From IMG/VR virus record IMGVR_UViG_3300032242_003291, positions 248,001-312,000 of that record: a stretch of DNA of 64,000 nt, one strand, 5' to 3'. Positions 30,217 through 39,454 of this stretch are shown here, piece after piece; position 1 is the stretch's first letter; the number at the start of each line of letters is the position of its first letter. The position numbers and the translations under genes are program-made. The notes beneath the pieces are model-generated. The model was not told where the DNA came from and searched no databases. It worked only from the letters and a program-made list of their open reading frames with translations.

Positions 30217-30738
30217 TTATTTTTTACTATAACCGTCTAAAATGTCTTGTTCAAAGGGTGATAGTGATGGGTAACCTTTAGATAATATTTTATCAAGGAT
30301 TTGGTCTAAGGTAGGTCTTCTAAGATACTGTTCTCGTTCTCCCAAAAGTAATGCCACAAAATCGTCTTCTTCCTCTTCATCCATATATAAGTCAGGATTG
30401 TTTTTCACCTGTCTCATATCTATATTAATACTTACATCGTCACTTACATTTTCTAAATCAAATAAGTGAGTTTTTATATCTTCAGGTACTGAAACTGACA
30501 CATTGTCAGTAATCTCTGTCAAAATGAACGTTTCGGTAATTCCGAACAGTACGGTTTGAATATAAACAAATACCTCTTCTTTATCGACCTCAGTCTCAAA
30601 ATGGAACAATAAAATTCCTTTACTATGTTGAAACTTAAGGTGTTGTGAATCCACAATTGGTGTAATTGCCATCGCAATCTCAGTACACTCATCCTCCGAC
30701 TTAAAGTCGCCAATAATCGTTAGCAAATATCTATCCAT
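30217..30738 (-). CDS. hypothetical protein
   Basis: likely start MDRYL; C-terminal LDQILDKI...GYPSL motif; TATCTTTG at 30757-30764. Confidence 0.7.
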   Translation of the reverse strand: MDRYLLTIIGDFKSEDECTEIAMAITPIVDSQHLKFQHSKGILLFHFETEVDKEEVFVYIQTVLFGITETFILTEITDNVSVSVPEDIKTHLFDLENVSDDVSINIDMRQVKNNPDLYMDEEEEDDFVALLLGEREQYLRRPTLDQILDKILSKGYPSLSPFEQDILDGYSKK

Positions 30739-30807
30739 AATTTTTTGTAATTTAGTCAAAGATATGGGTTTAGTTTGAAAATCAGTATTTATACTGAATA
30801 TTTTTGA

Positions 30808-30836
30808 AAAAAAACCTTAACAACGTAAGGTTTTTT
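30808..30836. terminator. intrinsic terminator downstream of the R-M gene
   Basis: AAAAAACCTTA-ACAACG-TAAGGTTTTTT. Confidence 0.7.
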
Positions 30837-30842
30837 ATTATT

Positions 30843-33188
30843 TTAAAGTGAATCTAAAAATTGTAAATTATGCGAATATGAACAACTTTTGATATATCTT
30901 GACATAAATTCTGTATTCAAATTACCATTTGAATCAATTGGTAGTTTTAATTTTAATTCAGCTAATCTAGTTTTACTTGCCCCTCTTCCATAATTAAATC
31001 TATAATTTTCTCTATTAATAAGTGTAACAATAAATAAAAGAATATATTGATTGTTTTCAAATTTTGGTTTCAATTTTTCAACGTGGTCACTAGCGGCAAA
31101 ATTTAAATGTTGGTAATTACAAAATCCCAAAACAGAACTTTCAACAGTAATTACTTGTCCACTTTCTGTTTGGATGTCAGTGAATCTTTCAACACCATTA
31201 TTTGTTGCTTGTGTTGTAACATAGGGATATTCACCGCCATCAGCAAACTTAATAATATCAGGTGGCGTTGTTTTCGTTCCAGTTATTTCAAAGATTTCAG
31301 GTAAATAAAAAGTTTTCCATTCAACTTGAGATAATTCAATTTGTTCCTCTTCTTGAGATTTCATATAAACTTCCTCAACAAGTCTATTTGAAAATAAAAA
31401 TGTTGAATATCTATGTAACTCATCGACAAATGAATTTTTATTTAGAGTTGAATAGTCTGTTTCCAAATAATTTTCTGCGGACCATTCAGATAAGGGTGTT
31501 ATTGTTTTACAAACGGAAAACCCTGGTTCGTCTTGTCTGTTAATATAATCATTAACCCATTTTTGTTTTATTTTAGTCCACTTACTATGAAAATCTACTC
31601 TACCTGAAGTTTTTCTCTTTACAAATCCATCGTCTTTATAATACCCAAAATAAACTTTTTTATCAAAATTGTGTGGTTTATGTGCTGTGAATATCATAAT
31701 ACAAGAAACTACACCGACGTTTGAATTATGAAATAGTTCATTGGGCATAGATAATACTGCCTCGAGTGTATGATTTTGTAGAATTTTGTCTTTTACTGCC
31801 ATAACTTTCTTGCTCACAGTCACCGCTGAGGACATCGGTAAAATCGCTATACAAGTACCGTTCACTTCCAAACAATCAAGATTTGTATATACAAATTCTA
31901 ATTCTTCAGTGTCATTTTTTTTATCACCTTTATACGGTGGATTTAAAAATCCGACTGTTGGTTTTTTTTCTTTGATTGTAATAATATTTTTTTCATCAAA
32001 ACAACTTCCGCTTAATAAATTTTTTGTTTTCATATTATGTATCAAAAAATTTGAAATTAATAAAGAATATATGTGAGACGAATATTCGACTCCTATTAAA
32101 TTATTTTCTTTAATTTTTGAAATTAAAGATTCATCTCCTTTAGCATCTTCAATCATATACTTCATTGCAGAGATTAGAAATCCTCCTGTACCTGTGCAAT
32201 TATCCAAAACGACACTATTTTTATTAACTTGAGCTAATTCTGAAAAAAATTCAGTAATGTGAGGTGGCGTCAACACAATACCTAATCCTTTGTCTGAGTT
32301 AGAATATGATAAAAAAATGTTATATATCTCACCTAAAACGTCTCTAAATTTGTATGTGTCAATAAAATTTTTGATATTTAATTCAACATCAATTATTATA
32401 TCTCTCAAAACATTTGGATTTGTAGTAAGTGCTGTATCAGTTTTAATAAAATCAAAATGGGTTTTCATTATTTCTAATTGGCGTTTACTCAAATCAACTT
32501 CTTTATCTAAGTATGAGTAAAAAGAAGTTATTAAATACTCCGCAAGTTGTGTAGGGTCAATAAGATTTCTATATGAATTTTGAAAATTTATATTTTCTAA
32601 AGCAACTAAAATAGCACTTAGGAGTAAACTACGATAATTTTCAGCTATTTTCGCACTATGAAGTTTTGTGTTTAAATTTTGAGCAAAAGTTCTCAATTTT
32701 TCATAATCTTGTAATATTACTTTTTCATTTTTAGTGTAAAAATTGGAGTATGATTCAATATCCAAAAGTTTATTACCTAAAACATTTTCTATTTTATATG
32801 AATTACGCTCCTGAAAAAAGTGACTTACTTTATAGTTTGAAGGGGAATTTCCACTTATCGCAATAGATAAAACATCATAATGTTTTGATAAAAAATTGGA
32901 GTAGTGTTTAACACCGTCTACAGCATATTTGACTTCATCAACATTACCATTGTTTTCATGTAAGGAAATCTCACCCTTACATTCAGTAATAATCACTAAA
33001 TCAGGGTGATTAAAAATTTGTATTATATGCTCAGGATATCCCGCACCTCCTTTCTTTGATTTAGACGCACCTTTTAATGCATTTTTGATTTTATTGTTAT
33101 CAGATTGATGGGTTTCTATTTTTCCGATACCTTCTAATTGAGATTTGAAATGGTCTCTTGTAAATTCTTGAATAATTGTTTCGTTCAT
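30843..33188 (-). CDS. fused restriction-modification enzyme (type IIG / BcgI-like): nuclease + N6-adenine MTase + target-recognition domain
   Basis: GYPEH...ITECK nuclease-like motif; LTPPHIT, VLDNCTGTGGFL, NPPY; C-terminal HsdS-like WKTFYL.EIF...PYVT...NNGV. Confidence 0.8.
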   Translation of the reverse strand: MNETIIQEFTRDHFKSQLEGIGKIETHQSDNNKIKNALKGASKSKKGGAGYPEHIIQIFNHPDLVIITECKGEISLHENNGNVDEVKYAVDGVKHYSNFLSKHYDVLSIAISGNSPSNYKVSHFFQERNSYKIENVLGNKLLDIESYSNFYTKNEKVILQDYEKLRTFAQNLNTKLHSAKIAENYRSLLLSAILVALENINFQNSYRNLIDPTQLAEYLITSFYSYLDKEVDLSKRQLEIMKTHFDFIKTDTALTTNPNVLRDIIIDVELNIKNFIDTYKFRDVLGEIYNIFLSYSNSDKGLGIVLTPPHITEFFSELAQVNKNSVVLDNCTGTGGFLISAMKYMIEDAKGDESLISKIKENNLIGVEYSSHIYSLLISNFLIHNMKTKNLLSGSCFDEKNIITIKEKKPTVGFLNPPYKGDKKNDTEELEFVYTNLDCLEVNGTCIAILPMSSAVTVSKKVMAVKDKILQNHTLEAVLSMPNELFHNSNVGVVSCIMIFTAHKPHNFDKKVYFGYYKDDGFVKRKTSGRVDFHSKWTKIKQKWVNDYINRQDEPGFSVCKTITPLSEWSAENYLETDYSTLNKNSFVDELHRYSTFLFSNRLVEEVYMKSQEEEQIELSQVEWKTFYLPEIFEITGTKTTPPDIIKFADGGEYPYVTTQATNNGVERFTDIQTESGQVITVESSVLGFCNYQHLNFAASDHVEKLKPKFENNQYILLFIVTLINRENYRFNYGRGASKTRLAELKLKLPIDSNGNLNTEFMSRYIKSCSYSHNLQFLDSL

Positions 33189-33292
33189 AATGTTTTTTTA
33201 TAAATATAATAATATTGTACAAAAGTTCAAATACTAAATATGGAAATATTGTACGATAATTTTTTAACTGAAGACATGTTGATAAATCTTTT

Positions 33293-33766
33293 TTACAAAT
33301 ATACTCTATTTTTTATACCCGAATATTGTTCGTACCACTTATTTTCTTTATCCATCCAAACATATGGATTGGTAGGGTCTACTTGCCATCTGTACTTTGA
33401 ATAAAACTCAAAGTCTTTCTTCAATAAATTGGACTTATGTGAATCGTGAAACTTTTGATTACCCCACCACTCAGGATAAGTTACCGATTCATCAATCACT
33501 TCCTTATTCATGGTATTTTTGAATCCACGTTTAACCCACTCGTCAATACTTACATTCAAGTACATCTTAAGTAATGGTACGTATTGTCTCCACATAACAG
33601 AACACGGATGGTTTAACCAACCCTTGTAAGGAGTTCCATCTAACTTTGGTCTACCTGTTATAGCATTGATGATTTGGAATGTTTCAACTCTCTGTTTTCC
33701 CAAACGTTTATCATCAAGTACTCTCAGTGATTCTGTAATGTCTGAATAGGGTAAGAATGTTTGCAT
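33293..33766 (-). CDS. pyrimidine dimer DNA glycosylase / endonuclease V family
   Basis: MQTFLPY...LDDKRLGKQRVE...GWLNHP..MW...SHKSNLLKKD; TATATTTG at 33771-33778. Confidence 0.85.
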   Translation of the reverse strand: MQTFLPYSDITESLRVLDDKRLGKQRVETFQIINAITGRPKLDGTPYKGWLNHPCSVMWRQYVPLLKMYLNVSIDEWVKRGFKNTMNKEVIDESVTYPEWWGNQKFHDSHKSNLLKKDFEFYSKYRWQVDPTNPYVWMDKENKWYEQYSGIKNRVYL

Positions 33767-33804
33767 GGTGCAAATATATGATGTTTAATTTAAATGGCAA
33801 AATA

Positions 33805-33828
33805 AAACCCCACTTCATGGGTGGGGTT
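33805..33828 (-). terminator. intrinsic terminator after sbcC
   Basis: AACCCCAC-TTCATGG-GTGGGGTT. Confidence 0.7.
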
Positions 33829-33834
33829 AATTAA

Positions 33835-36213
33835 TTATTGTGAAACTTTACTTACGTTATCTGTCTTAGTAATATGAACTACGTTATCCGCCCAATTGGA
33901 TATAAGTGGGTTATGACTGATTACAAATATCTTTTCAAAGTAATCCTTCAACTTCATAAAGAAGTCCCCAACCATCTCTAAATTATCATTAGATACCTTA
34001 CCCCACGTCTCATCGTAGACAGATATGTTTGGTTTTGGAAGTGAACATACCTTAGCGAGTACCGCTCTGATAGCCAAGGCTCCCACCGTCTTCTCATATC
34101 CTGAACCTGCGGTCATAGGTTTTTCAATACCTGTTCCGTTGTCAATCATGATGAAGTCAACCTCATTCTTATCGTTAATACGAATCTCCAAGTTGAAGAA
34201 ACAAGAGTCCTGAAGTAATCTCTGAAGTTCAGAGTTAATCAATGGCATCATTGTCTTCATAATGATTTTAGATATTCCGTTCTTACCGAAGACATCAACG
34301 TAGATTTTATAAATCTTCTCACGTTCAAACTCTTCAGCAATCTTAAGGATGATATCGTTATTCTTTTCAATACGACCTTCAAGGTTTTTGATTTGAGTTG
34401 CATTACTTGCTTGAATTCTTTCATACCCTCTCTTCTCACCAATCAATTCGTCAATACGAAGACCAGCTTTAACCAACTGAGCATCCACCTCGTTGTTCTT
34501 CTTAATCTTATCTTGAACCTCTTGATATCTCTTAAGTTTATCTTTGGCTTGTTCCAACTTAAGGTCATTGGATTCCAAAGATATCTCGTACTTCTCCTTG
34601 ATAAGTTTGTTTCTCTCATACTCATCGAAGTCCTTCTTAAGTTGAGTGAATGATTGTTCTTTCTTTTCAAGTTTGGATTGTTCCTTTTCAAGGTCCTTAA
34701 CTTTTTTCTCCCAATCTTTCAACTCATCAATCTTTTTCATTGTAAGTGCCGCCTCCATCAATTTGATTCCGCAGTGCTCACACTGAATACCATCACCATA
34801 CTTCTTGATAAGTTCTTTGATGTCATCAACTTGTTTCTGTGCAAGGATTAACTCACCAGAAACTCTTTTGATTTCACCCTTAACCTCATCATGTTGGTCC
34901 TCGTGATAATATTCCTTTGGCTCAACAATCTTAACCTCTTTAATTTGACCTTTAATCTTCTCACTACCTTCTTCATAACCTGTGATGTCTGATTGAAGTT
35001 TGATTGGGTTAAGAACAATTAACTCTTGGTCCAAGTCGGTATGCTTTGAGTTTAATAACCCATCCTTGTACTCCTGACCCTTCTGAAGTCTTTTGTTAAC
35101 ATCCTCAATCTTTGTTTCAGATGAATCAATCTCGTCCTGAAGTCTTTCAATCTCTTCCTTGTTGTTCACATTGTCTTGTTTCAATGACTCTGTGTTGTAT
35201 ATGTTGGACATCATACCCTTTGAGAACTCAGCAAAGATTTCTTTGCCAGTCTCTTCCTTCTTCTTCAAGAACTCAAGACCCAAGAATCTACTTAACACCT
35301 GACCACGAGCTGTTGGTTTTGCCTCCAACAGGTCCTCAAGGTTTGATGCTGTCGTCACAATCGTCATTAGGAAGTCATCCATGTCCCCAATTGATGTCTT
35401 GATGAAGTTCTCAGTCTCACGTCTTTGCTCCCCTGTAAAGTTCTGTAATTGACCGTCAGCTAACTTCTTAAAGAAGTCCAAGTCAGTCTTAACATTCCAT
35501 TCACCAGCTTTGGATTTCTTTCTCTCAATTTTACGAGCAATGATATACTCCTCACCATCAATGATGATATCACCTTTAACCGATACCACATTCTTATCTG
35601 TGAATCTGTTAAAAATTTCTTCAGCTTTCTGTGTCTTTGTTGTCGTGTTAAAGAACAAGAATAATAACAAGTCCACAGTTAATACCGTCTTACCTCCAAA
35701 GTTTGGTGGGTCTGACTCAACTACAGTGATACCATTACACTTGTCAAAATCAATCACTTGGTCCTCACCATAAGATAAGAAGTTACTGAACTCAATCTTC
35801 TTGATGTACCATCTTTTGAATGGTGTCACCTCAACCTCGTTCTCCATCATTCTGTTCTCAACCGCAAGGTCAATGTTCATTACTTGGTCGTAATACTGGT
35901 CTTGTTGTTTAGACTCAAGAAGTGATTTGATAAGTTCCTTCTGATAATTCTTATCCATGATGTTAACCGCAACATCAATCGTCTGTTGTGTATCATCAAC
36001 GGTCTTTGCCTTAGTAATAACATTAATGTTGTTAGACACATACTTCTTCATGAAGTACTGTTTAACAGACTTGATTCTCTCTTGTGTAAAGTTCTCAGGA
36101 GTGTCCTCCCAAATTACTTGGATATAAGGATTCTCCAACGTAGTTATGTCTAACTTTGTTGCCATATTGGTGTAATTAAATTCTGGTATCGGATTGAATA
36201 AATCCCATTTCAT
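33835..36213 (-). CDS. sbcC: SbcC/Rad50 (gp46-like) ATPase with ~130 aa N-terminal extension
   Basis: IEFSNFLSYG, NFGGKT Walker A, CEHC zinc hook, GSGYEK signature, VYDE Walker B, ISH. Confidence 0.9.
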   Translation of the reverse strand: MKWDLFNPIPEFNYTNMATKLDITTLENPYIQVIWEDTPENFTQERIKSVKQYFMKKYVSNNINVITKAKTVDDTQQTIDVAVNIMDKNYQKELIKSLLESKQQDQYYDQVMNIDLAVENRMMENEVEVTPFKRWYIKKIEFSNFLSYGEDQVIDFDKCNGITVVESDPPNFGGKTVLTVDLLLFLFFNTTTKTQKAEEIFNRFTDKNVVSVKGDIIIDGEEYIIARKIERKKSKAGEWNVKTDLDFFKKLADGQLQNFTGEQRRETENFIKTSIGDMDDFLMTIVTTASNLEDLLEAKPTARGQVLSRFLGLEFLKKKEETGKEIFAEFSKGMMSNIYNTESLKQDNVNNKEEIERLQDEIDSSETKIEDVNKRLQKGQEYKDGLLNSKHTDLDQELIVLNPIKLQSDITGYEEGSEKIKGQIKEVKIVEPKEYYHEDQHDEVKGEIKRVSGELILAQKQVDDIKELIKKYGDGIQCEHCGIKLMEAALTMKKIDELKDWEKKVKDLEKEQSKLEKKEQSFTQLKKDFDEYERNKLIKEKYEISLESNDLKLEQAKDKLKRYQEVQDKIKKNNEVDAQLVKAGLRIDELIGEKRGYERIQASNATQIKNLEGRIEKNNDIILKIAEEFEREKIYKIYVDVFGKNGISKIIMKTMMPLINSELQRLLQDSCFFNLEIRINDKNEVDFIMIDNGTGIEKPMTAGSGYEKTVGALAIRAVLAKVCSLPKPNISVYDETWGKVSNDNLEMVGDFFMKLKDYFEKIFVISHNPLISNWADNVVHITKTDNVSKVSQ

Positions 36214-36401
36214 TATTGTCCTGTAGTAATTGTAGCTCCTGACTCAGCTTCATACTTCTTTTTTAATTCTTCGATTTGCGTTCTCATTGATTCATTCATC
36301 AACTTTTGCATGGCATTTTGTTGTGCCTTGATATGTTGATTTCTTGCTTCAATTTTTTTTCTGTGTTCTTTTGCTCCACCTCTAACTTTAGCCTTTGCCA
36401 T
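36213..36401 (-). CDS. hypothetical protein
   Basis: 62 aa basic helical ORF. Confidence 0.65.
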   Translation of the reverse strand: MAKAKVRGGAKEHRKKIEARNQHIKAQQNAMQKLMNESMRTQIEELKKKYEAESGATITTGQ

Positions 36402-36406
36402 TGATA

Positions 36407-36763
36407 TTAATTTTGATTTTGTTGTGGTCTGTTTTGTTCAAACCATTCGATTATTGAGTTTATTGCCCAAACTGAGCCAGATGCCAACATTCCATCGAAA
36501 AACCACGATACGAATGGTGTAACATTTAATAATTCGTGTACAGGTGAATAAATTGAAATGGATAAAAACCATCCACAATGAAACCCAAAACACATCATAC
36601 ATTTAATCATGTTGGATATAAAAATCCAGAACCCATTAAATGGTGTAAATTCATTGTCTGCCCATCGATTGATTGCGTTTCTTGGTCCATTAAAAATACT
36701 ACCGTAAACTACAATATTACTTAACCCATAAGCAATAATCATCCATAATACTAATTGTGTCAT
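36407..36763 (-). CDS. membrane protein with CxxC (DUF1360-like)
   Basis: TM helices and CMMCFGF motif. Confidence 0.55.
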   Translation of the reverse strand: MTQLVLWMIIAYGLSNIVVYGSIFNGPRNAINRWADNEFTPFNGFWIFISNMIKCMMCFGFHCGWFLSISIYSPVHELLNVTPFVSWFFDGMLASGSVWAINSIIEWFEQNRPQQNQN

Positions 36764-36774
36764 ATATTTTATTT

Positions 36775-37494
36775 TTATTTATAAAGTGTGTCGTTTAAGT
36801 TTGACCCTCTTAAAAAAGCCGCTTTTTTATCTTGTTGAAACTTTTGAATCTCTTCAATTGTTTTTTCATATTCTTTAAGTTGTCTATCTTTTTCAATATT
36901 GTCCTGTTTCAATTTTTGAACCGTATTTTGAAGAGCTTCAAGTTTGGGTTTCCAATTCCCATCAGACTCCTTTTCTATAATTATCTCCTTAACCACTTCA
37001 ACAGGAACCTCAACTATCTTCTCAACTTCCTTGATAACTTCAACTATCTTTTCAATAATAACCTCTCTGATTTCAGGTTCAGGTTTGTCGTAAATATTGT
37101 CATTATTTGAGACAAAAACTTCCTTAATCACCTCTTTAATAACCTCTCTATCAACGTATTCTATAACTTTTATTTCAGTGGGAGGGCTCGGGATTTCCTT
37201 AATGACCTCAATAATTCTGTCAACAGGAACCTCCACTCTTTTTTCAACTTCCACATACTCAATCTTCACAACCTCTTTCTCTTTCACCACAGGGACTTCA
37301 ACATACTTGATAACCTCTTTGATTACCTCTTTTTCCTTTGTCTCAACCCCCGCATTTAAAAGACCATACCTTTCAATATTGAATCCAGTTGTAAAGGAGT
37401 CCTTGACAACTGAACTAATTAGCAAATCATTAAGGTTACAATAGGACAAAAGGTCTTTATGTTCACTACTTGAAAGTTTTAATTTAATCTCCAT
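36775..37494 (-). CDS. protein with V/I/E/K/P-rich (EVIKEV / EVPV) repeats and C-terminal coiled coil
   Basis: repeats such as EKIVEVPVEVVKEIIIEK. Confidence 0.7.
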   Translation of the reverse strand: MEIKLKLSSSEHKDLLSYCNLNDLLISSVVKDSFTTGFNIERYGLLNAGVETKEKEVIKEVIKYVEVPVVKEKEVVKIEYVEVEKRVEVPVDRIIEVIKEIPSPPTEIKVIEYVDREVIKEVIKEVFVSNNDNIYDKPEPEIREVIIEKIVEVIKEVEKIVEVPVEVVKEIIIEKESDGNWKPKLEALQNTVQKLKQDNIEKDRQLKEYEKTIEEIQKFQQDKKAAFLRGSNLNDTLYK

Positions 37495-38113
37495 TAATTA
37501 TTTTGTCTCGTTTTCTTATATTATCTAAAGCCCATAGTGGTTGTAAATTAGTATAATGACACAACCTTTTCAATTCTTCATCATTTTTTGCCGATGATAT
37601 TGGTATAATGTGGTCAATATGCCAACCAAATAATCCGTGATTTTCCCAAGTCATCCCCATCCAAAATTGTTTTTCAAGATATTCTTTTAATTGTAATGGA
37701 GAACATCCAATTAAATCAAAAGTTTTTTCCTTTTTTGACCTAAGAATTTTATTAATTTTAGACCTATACAACATTTTCAATTTTAATATAGGTTCATTTT
37801 TTTTCCTTTCAGACATTCTTTCATTTATAATATCTCTTTTATTTTTTACATAACTTTTCTTATATTCTTTAACTTTGTCTTGATTATTTTCACCCCATAA
37901 TTTAACTCGTTCTATCACATGACCCTTATTATGTTCGTAATAAATTTTTGATTTTTCTGAAATTTTACTTTTGTTTTTTAGGTAATATTCCAATTTATAT
38001 TCTTTATTACAAACTTTACATATTGGTTGTAATCCGTCATTTCTATTTTTATCTTTATTAAAGTCACAAATATTTTTAGATAATTGGCATTTAAGACAAG
38101 TTTTTGTTTCCAT
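37484..38113 (-). CDS. HNH endonuclease with N-terminal Zn-binding CxxC motifs
   Basis: CLKC...CKVC; WHIDHIIP...HYTNLQPLWA.DN..K. Confidence 0.85.
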   Translation of the reverse strand: METKTCLKCQLSKNICDFNKDKNRNDGLQPICKVCNKEYKLEYYLKNKSKISEKSKIYYEHNKGHVIERVKLWGENNQDKVKEYKKSYVKNKRDIINERMSERKKNEPILKLKMLYRSKINKILRSKKEKTFDLIGCSPLQLKEYLEKQFWMGMTWENHGLFGWHIDHIIPISSAKNDEELKRLCHYTNLQPLWALDNIRKRDKIINGD

Positions 38114-38255
38114 TGTTCTTATAGTTTTTAAGTAACTGATTTACTAATGAAGATAAATTAATATGAATACTTCTATAATACGCCAATAATTCTGGGTCTA
38201 ACGCAACCGATACTTTAGTTTTTTTCTCTTCTAATGTTTTTAATTTTCTCCCCAT
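38091..38255 (-). CDS. ribbon-helix-helix (CcdA/CopG-like) protein (54 aa), not in ORF track
   Basis: MGRKLKTLEEKKTKVSVALDPELLAYYRSIHINLSSLVNQLLKNYKNNGNKNLS*. Confidence 0.65.
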   Translation of the reverse strand: MGRKLKTLEEKKTKVSVALDPELLAYYRSIHINLSSLVNQLLKNYKNNGNKNLS

Positions 38256-38262
38256 ATTAATA

Positions 38263-38295
38263 AATATTCACAAATATAATAAAAGTGTGAATATT
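38263..38295. promoter_or_regulatory. inverted repeat (putative operator) over the RHH-HNH promoter
   Basis: AATATTCACA-N13-TGTGAATATT perfect 10-bp arms, overlapping TATTTAT and TATATTTG motifs. Confidence 0.55.
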
Positions 38296-38306
38296 AACAA
38301 TTTTTT

Positions 38307-39086
38307 TTAAAAATTAATTAACTTCTCAGTCCCTTCACTTAACGCATCAAACGAATTAATGTAAAAAGAAAGGAAAGGTTTAGGATTAGGTAAATCCACA
38401 AAAGAATATTCGTCTTTTTCAATTTCATATACACCATACCCATGTTTTCTAACTGTTTCCCCAAAATTTTGTTGGATGGTCGAACCGACCATGTACGCCT
38501 TCTTTCCACCAGGGATATCAAAAATTTGTCGTTTATGGATATCACCACAAAGAACCAAATCACACCCTTTGAATTTACTTACATCAAATCCATCTTCAAA
38601 CTTATAACCTATGTCCGTATATAAACCTTGAACTGGTCCGTGAAATAATCCAATATTCTTATTCTTTGATTTTTGTATGTCTGGTGGAATATTATGTTCC
38701 ATTAATGAAAATACACACCAATTAACATTATCGTCCTCATATACCCCTCTATTCTTTAAATAAACAATATTCTCACTATTCAAAGAATTAATAACTGGTG
38801 TCAACGCATCTAATCTTTGTAAATTGGATTCAATCATATCATGATTTCCGATTATCACTATTGTTTTAGCAATTTTAGAACATTCTAAAAATACCCAAGC
38901 AACAAACTCCACCAATTCAGGTGTCATTTGGTTTTTGGAATGAACTAAGTCTCCTGTGAATACTATTCTATCAGGTTGTAATGTCTTCCATTCCTTCAAT
39001 GCAGATTCAAGGATTCCACGATATAAATCGTGGTCCTTGAATAATCTGATATGTAAATCTGAAAAGTGTACTAATCTTTTAATCAT
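38307..39086 (-). CDS. sbcD: SbcD/Mre11 (gp47-like) metallophosphoesterase nuclease domain
   Basis: SDLH, TGDL, GNHD, LFHG, GDIHK.Q, GS..QQNFGE. Confidence 0.9.
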   Translation of the reverse strand: MIKRLVHFSDLHIRLFKDHDLYRGILESALKEWKTLQPDRIVFTGDLVHSKNQMTPELVEFVAWVFLECSKIAKTIVIIGNHDMIESNLQRLDALTPVINSLNSENIVYLKNRGVYEDDNVNWCVFSLMEHNIPPDIQKSKNKNIGLFHGPVQGLYTDIGYKFEDGFDVSKFKGCDLVLCGDIHKRQIFDIPGGKKAYMVGSTIQQNFGETVRKHGYGVYEIEKDEYSFVDLPNPKPFLSFYINSFDALSEGTEKLINF

Positions 39087-39228
39087 TGTCTGTCATTAAT
39101 GAGAATCCAAGTATCATAAAAATTGAACCTACAGCCCAATTTTCAAACACTATGAATTGTGAAATACCTGTACCGATAAGGATATAAGGTCCGAACTTTC
39201 TCCAAAGTTTTGTAAATTTATTCTTCAC
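39079..39228 (-). CDS. small two-TM membrane protein (49 aa), not in ORF track
   Basis: GTG start; KNKFTKLWRKFGPYILIGTGISQFIVFENWAVGSIFMILGFSLMTDND*; fills an operon gap. Confidence 0.5.
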   Translation of the reverse strand: MKNKFTKLWRKFGPYILIGTGISQFIVFENWAVGSIFMILGFSLMTDND

Positions 39229-39454
39229 TGATTATTGGGTTTTGTTGTTCTTCAAATGGATTTTGTCCTTTATTTATGTGTCCACATTCGTCACACTTAT
39301 AAATTGGAAATGGTACTGTTGTATCTTCAGGAGCTCCTTGTAATCTTGAAACAAATTTCAAGTAAATTACCTCTCTGAAGTATACCGAATCACACTTATC
39401 GCATTTAACTGTGGGAGAATCCCTTAAATTAACCCTCCGTCCTAAATCTTGCAT
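39218..39454 (-). CDS. zinc-ribbon protein
   Basis: CDKC...CDECG. Confidence 0.7.
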   Translation of the reverse strand: MQDLGRRVNLRDSPTVKCDKCDSVYFREVIYLKFVSRLQGAPEDTTVPFPIYKCDECGHINKGQNPFEEQQNPIISEE

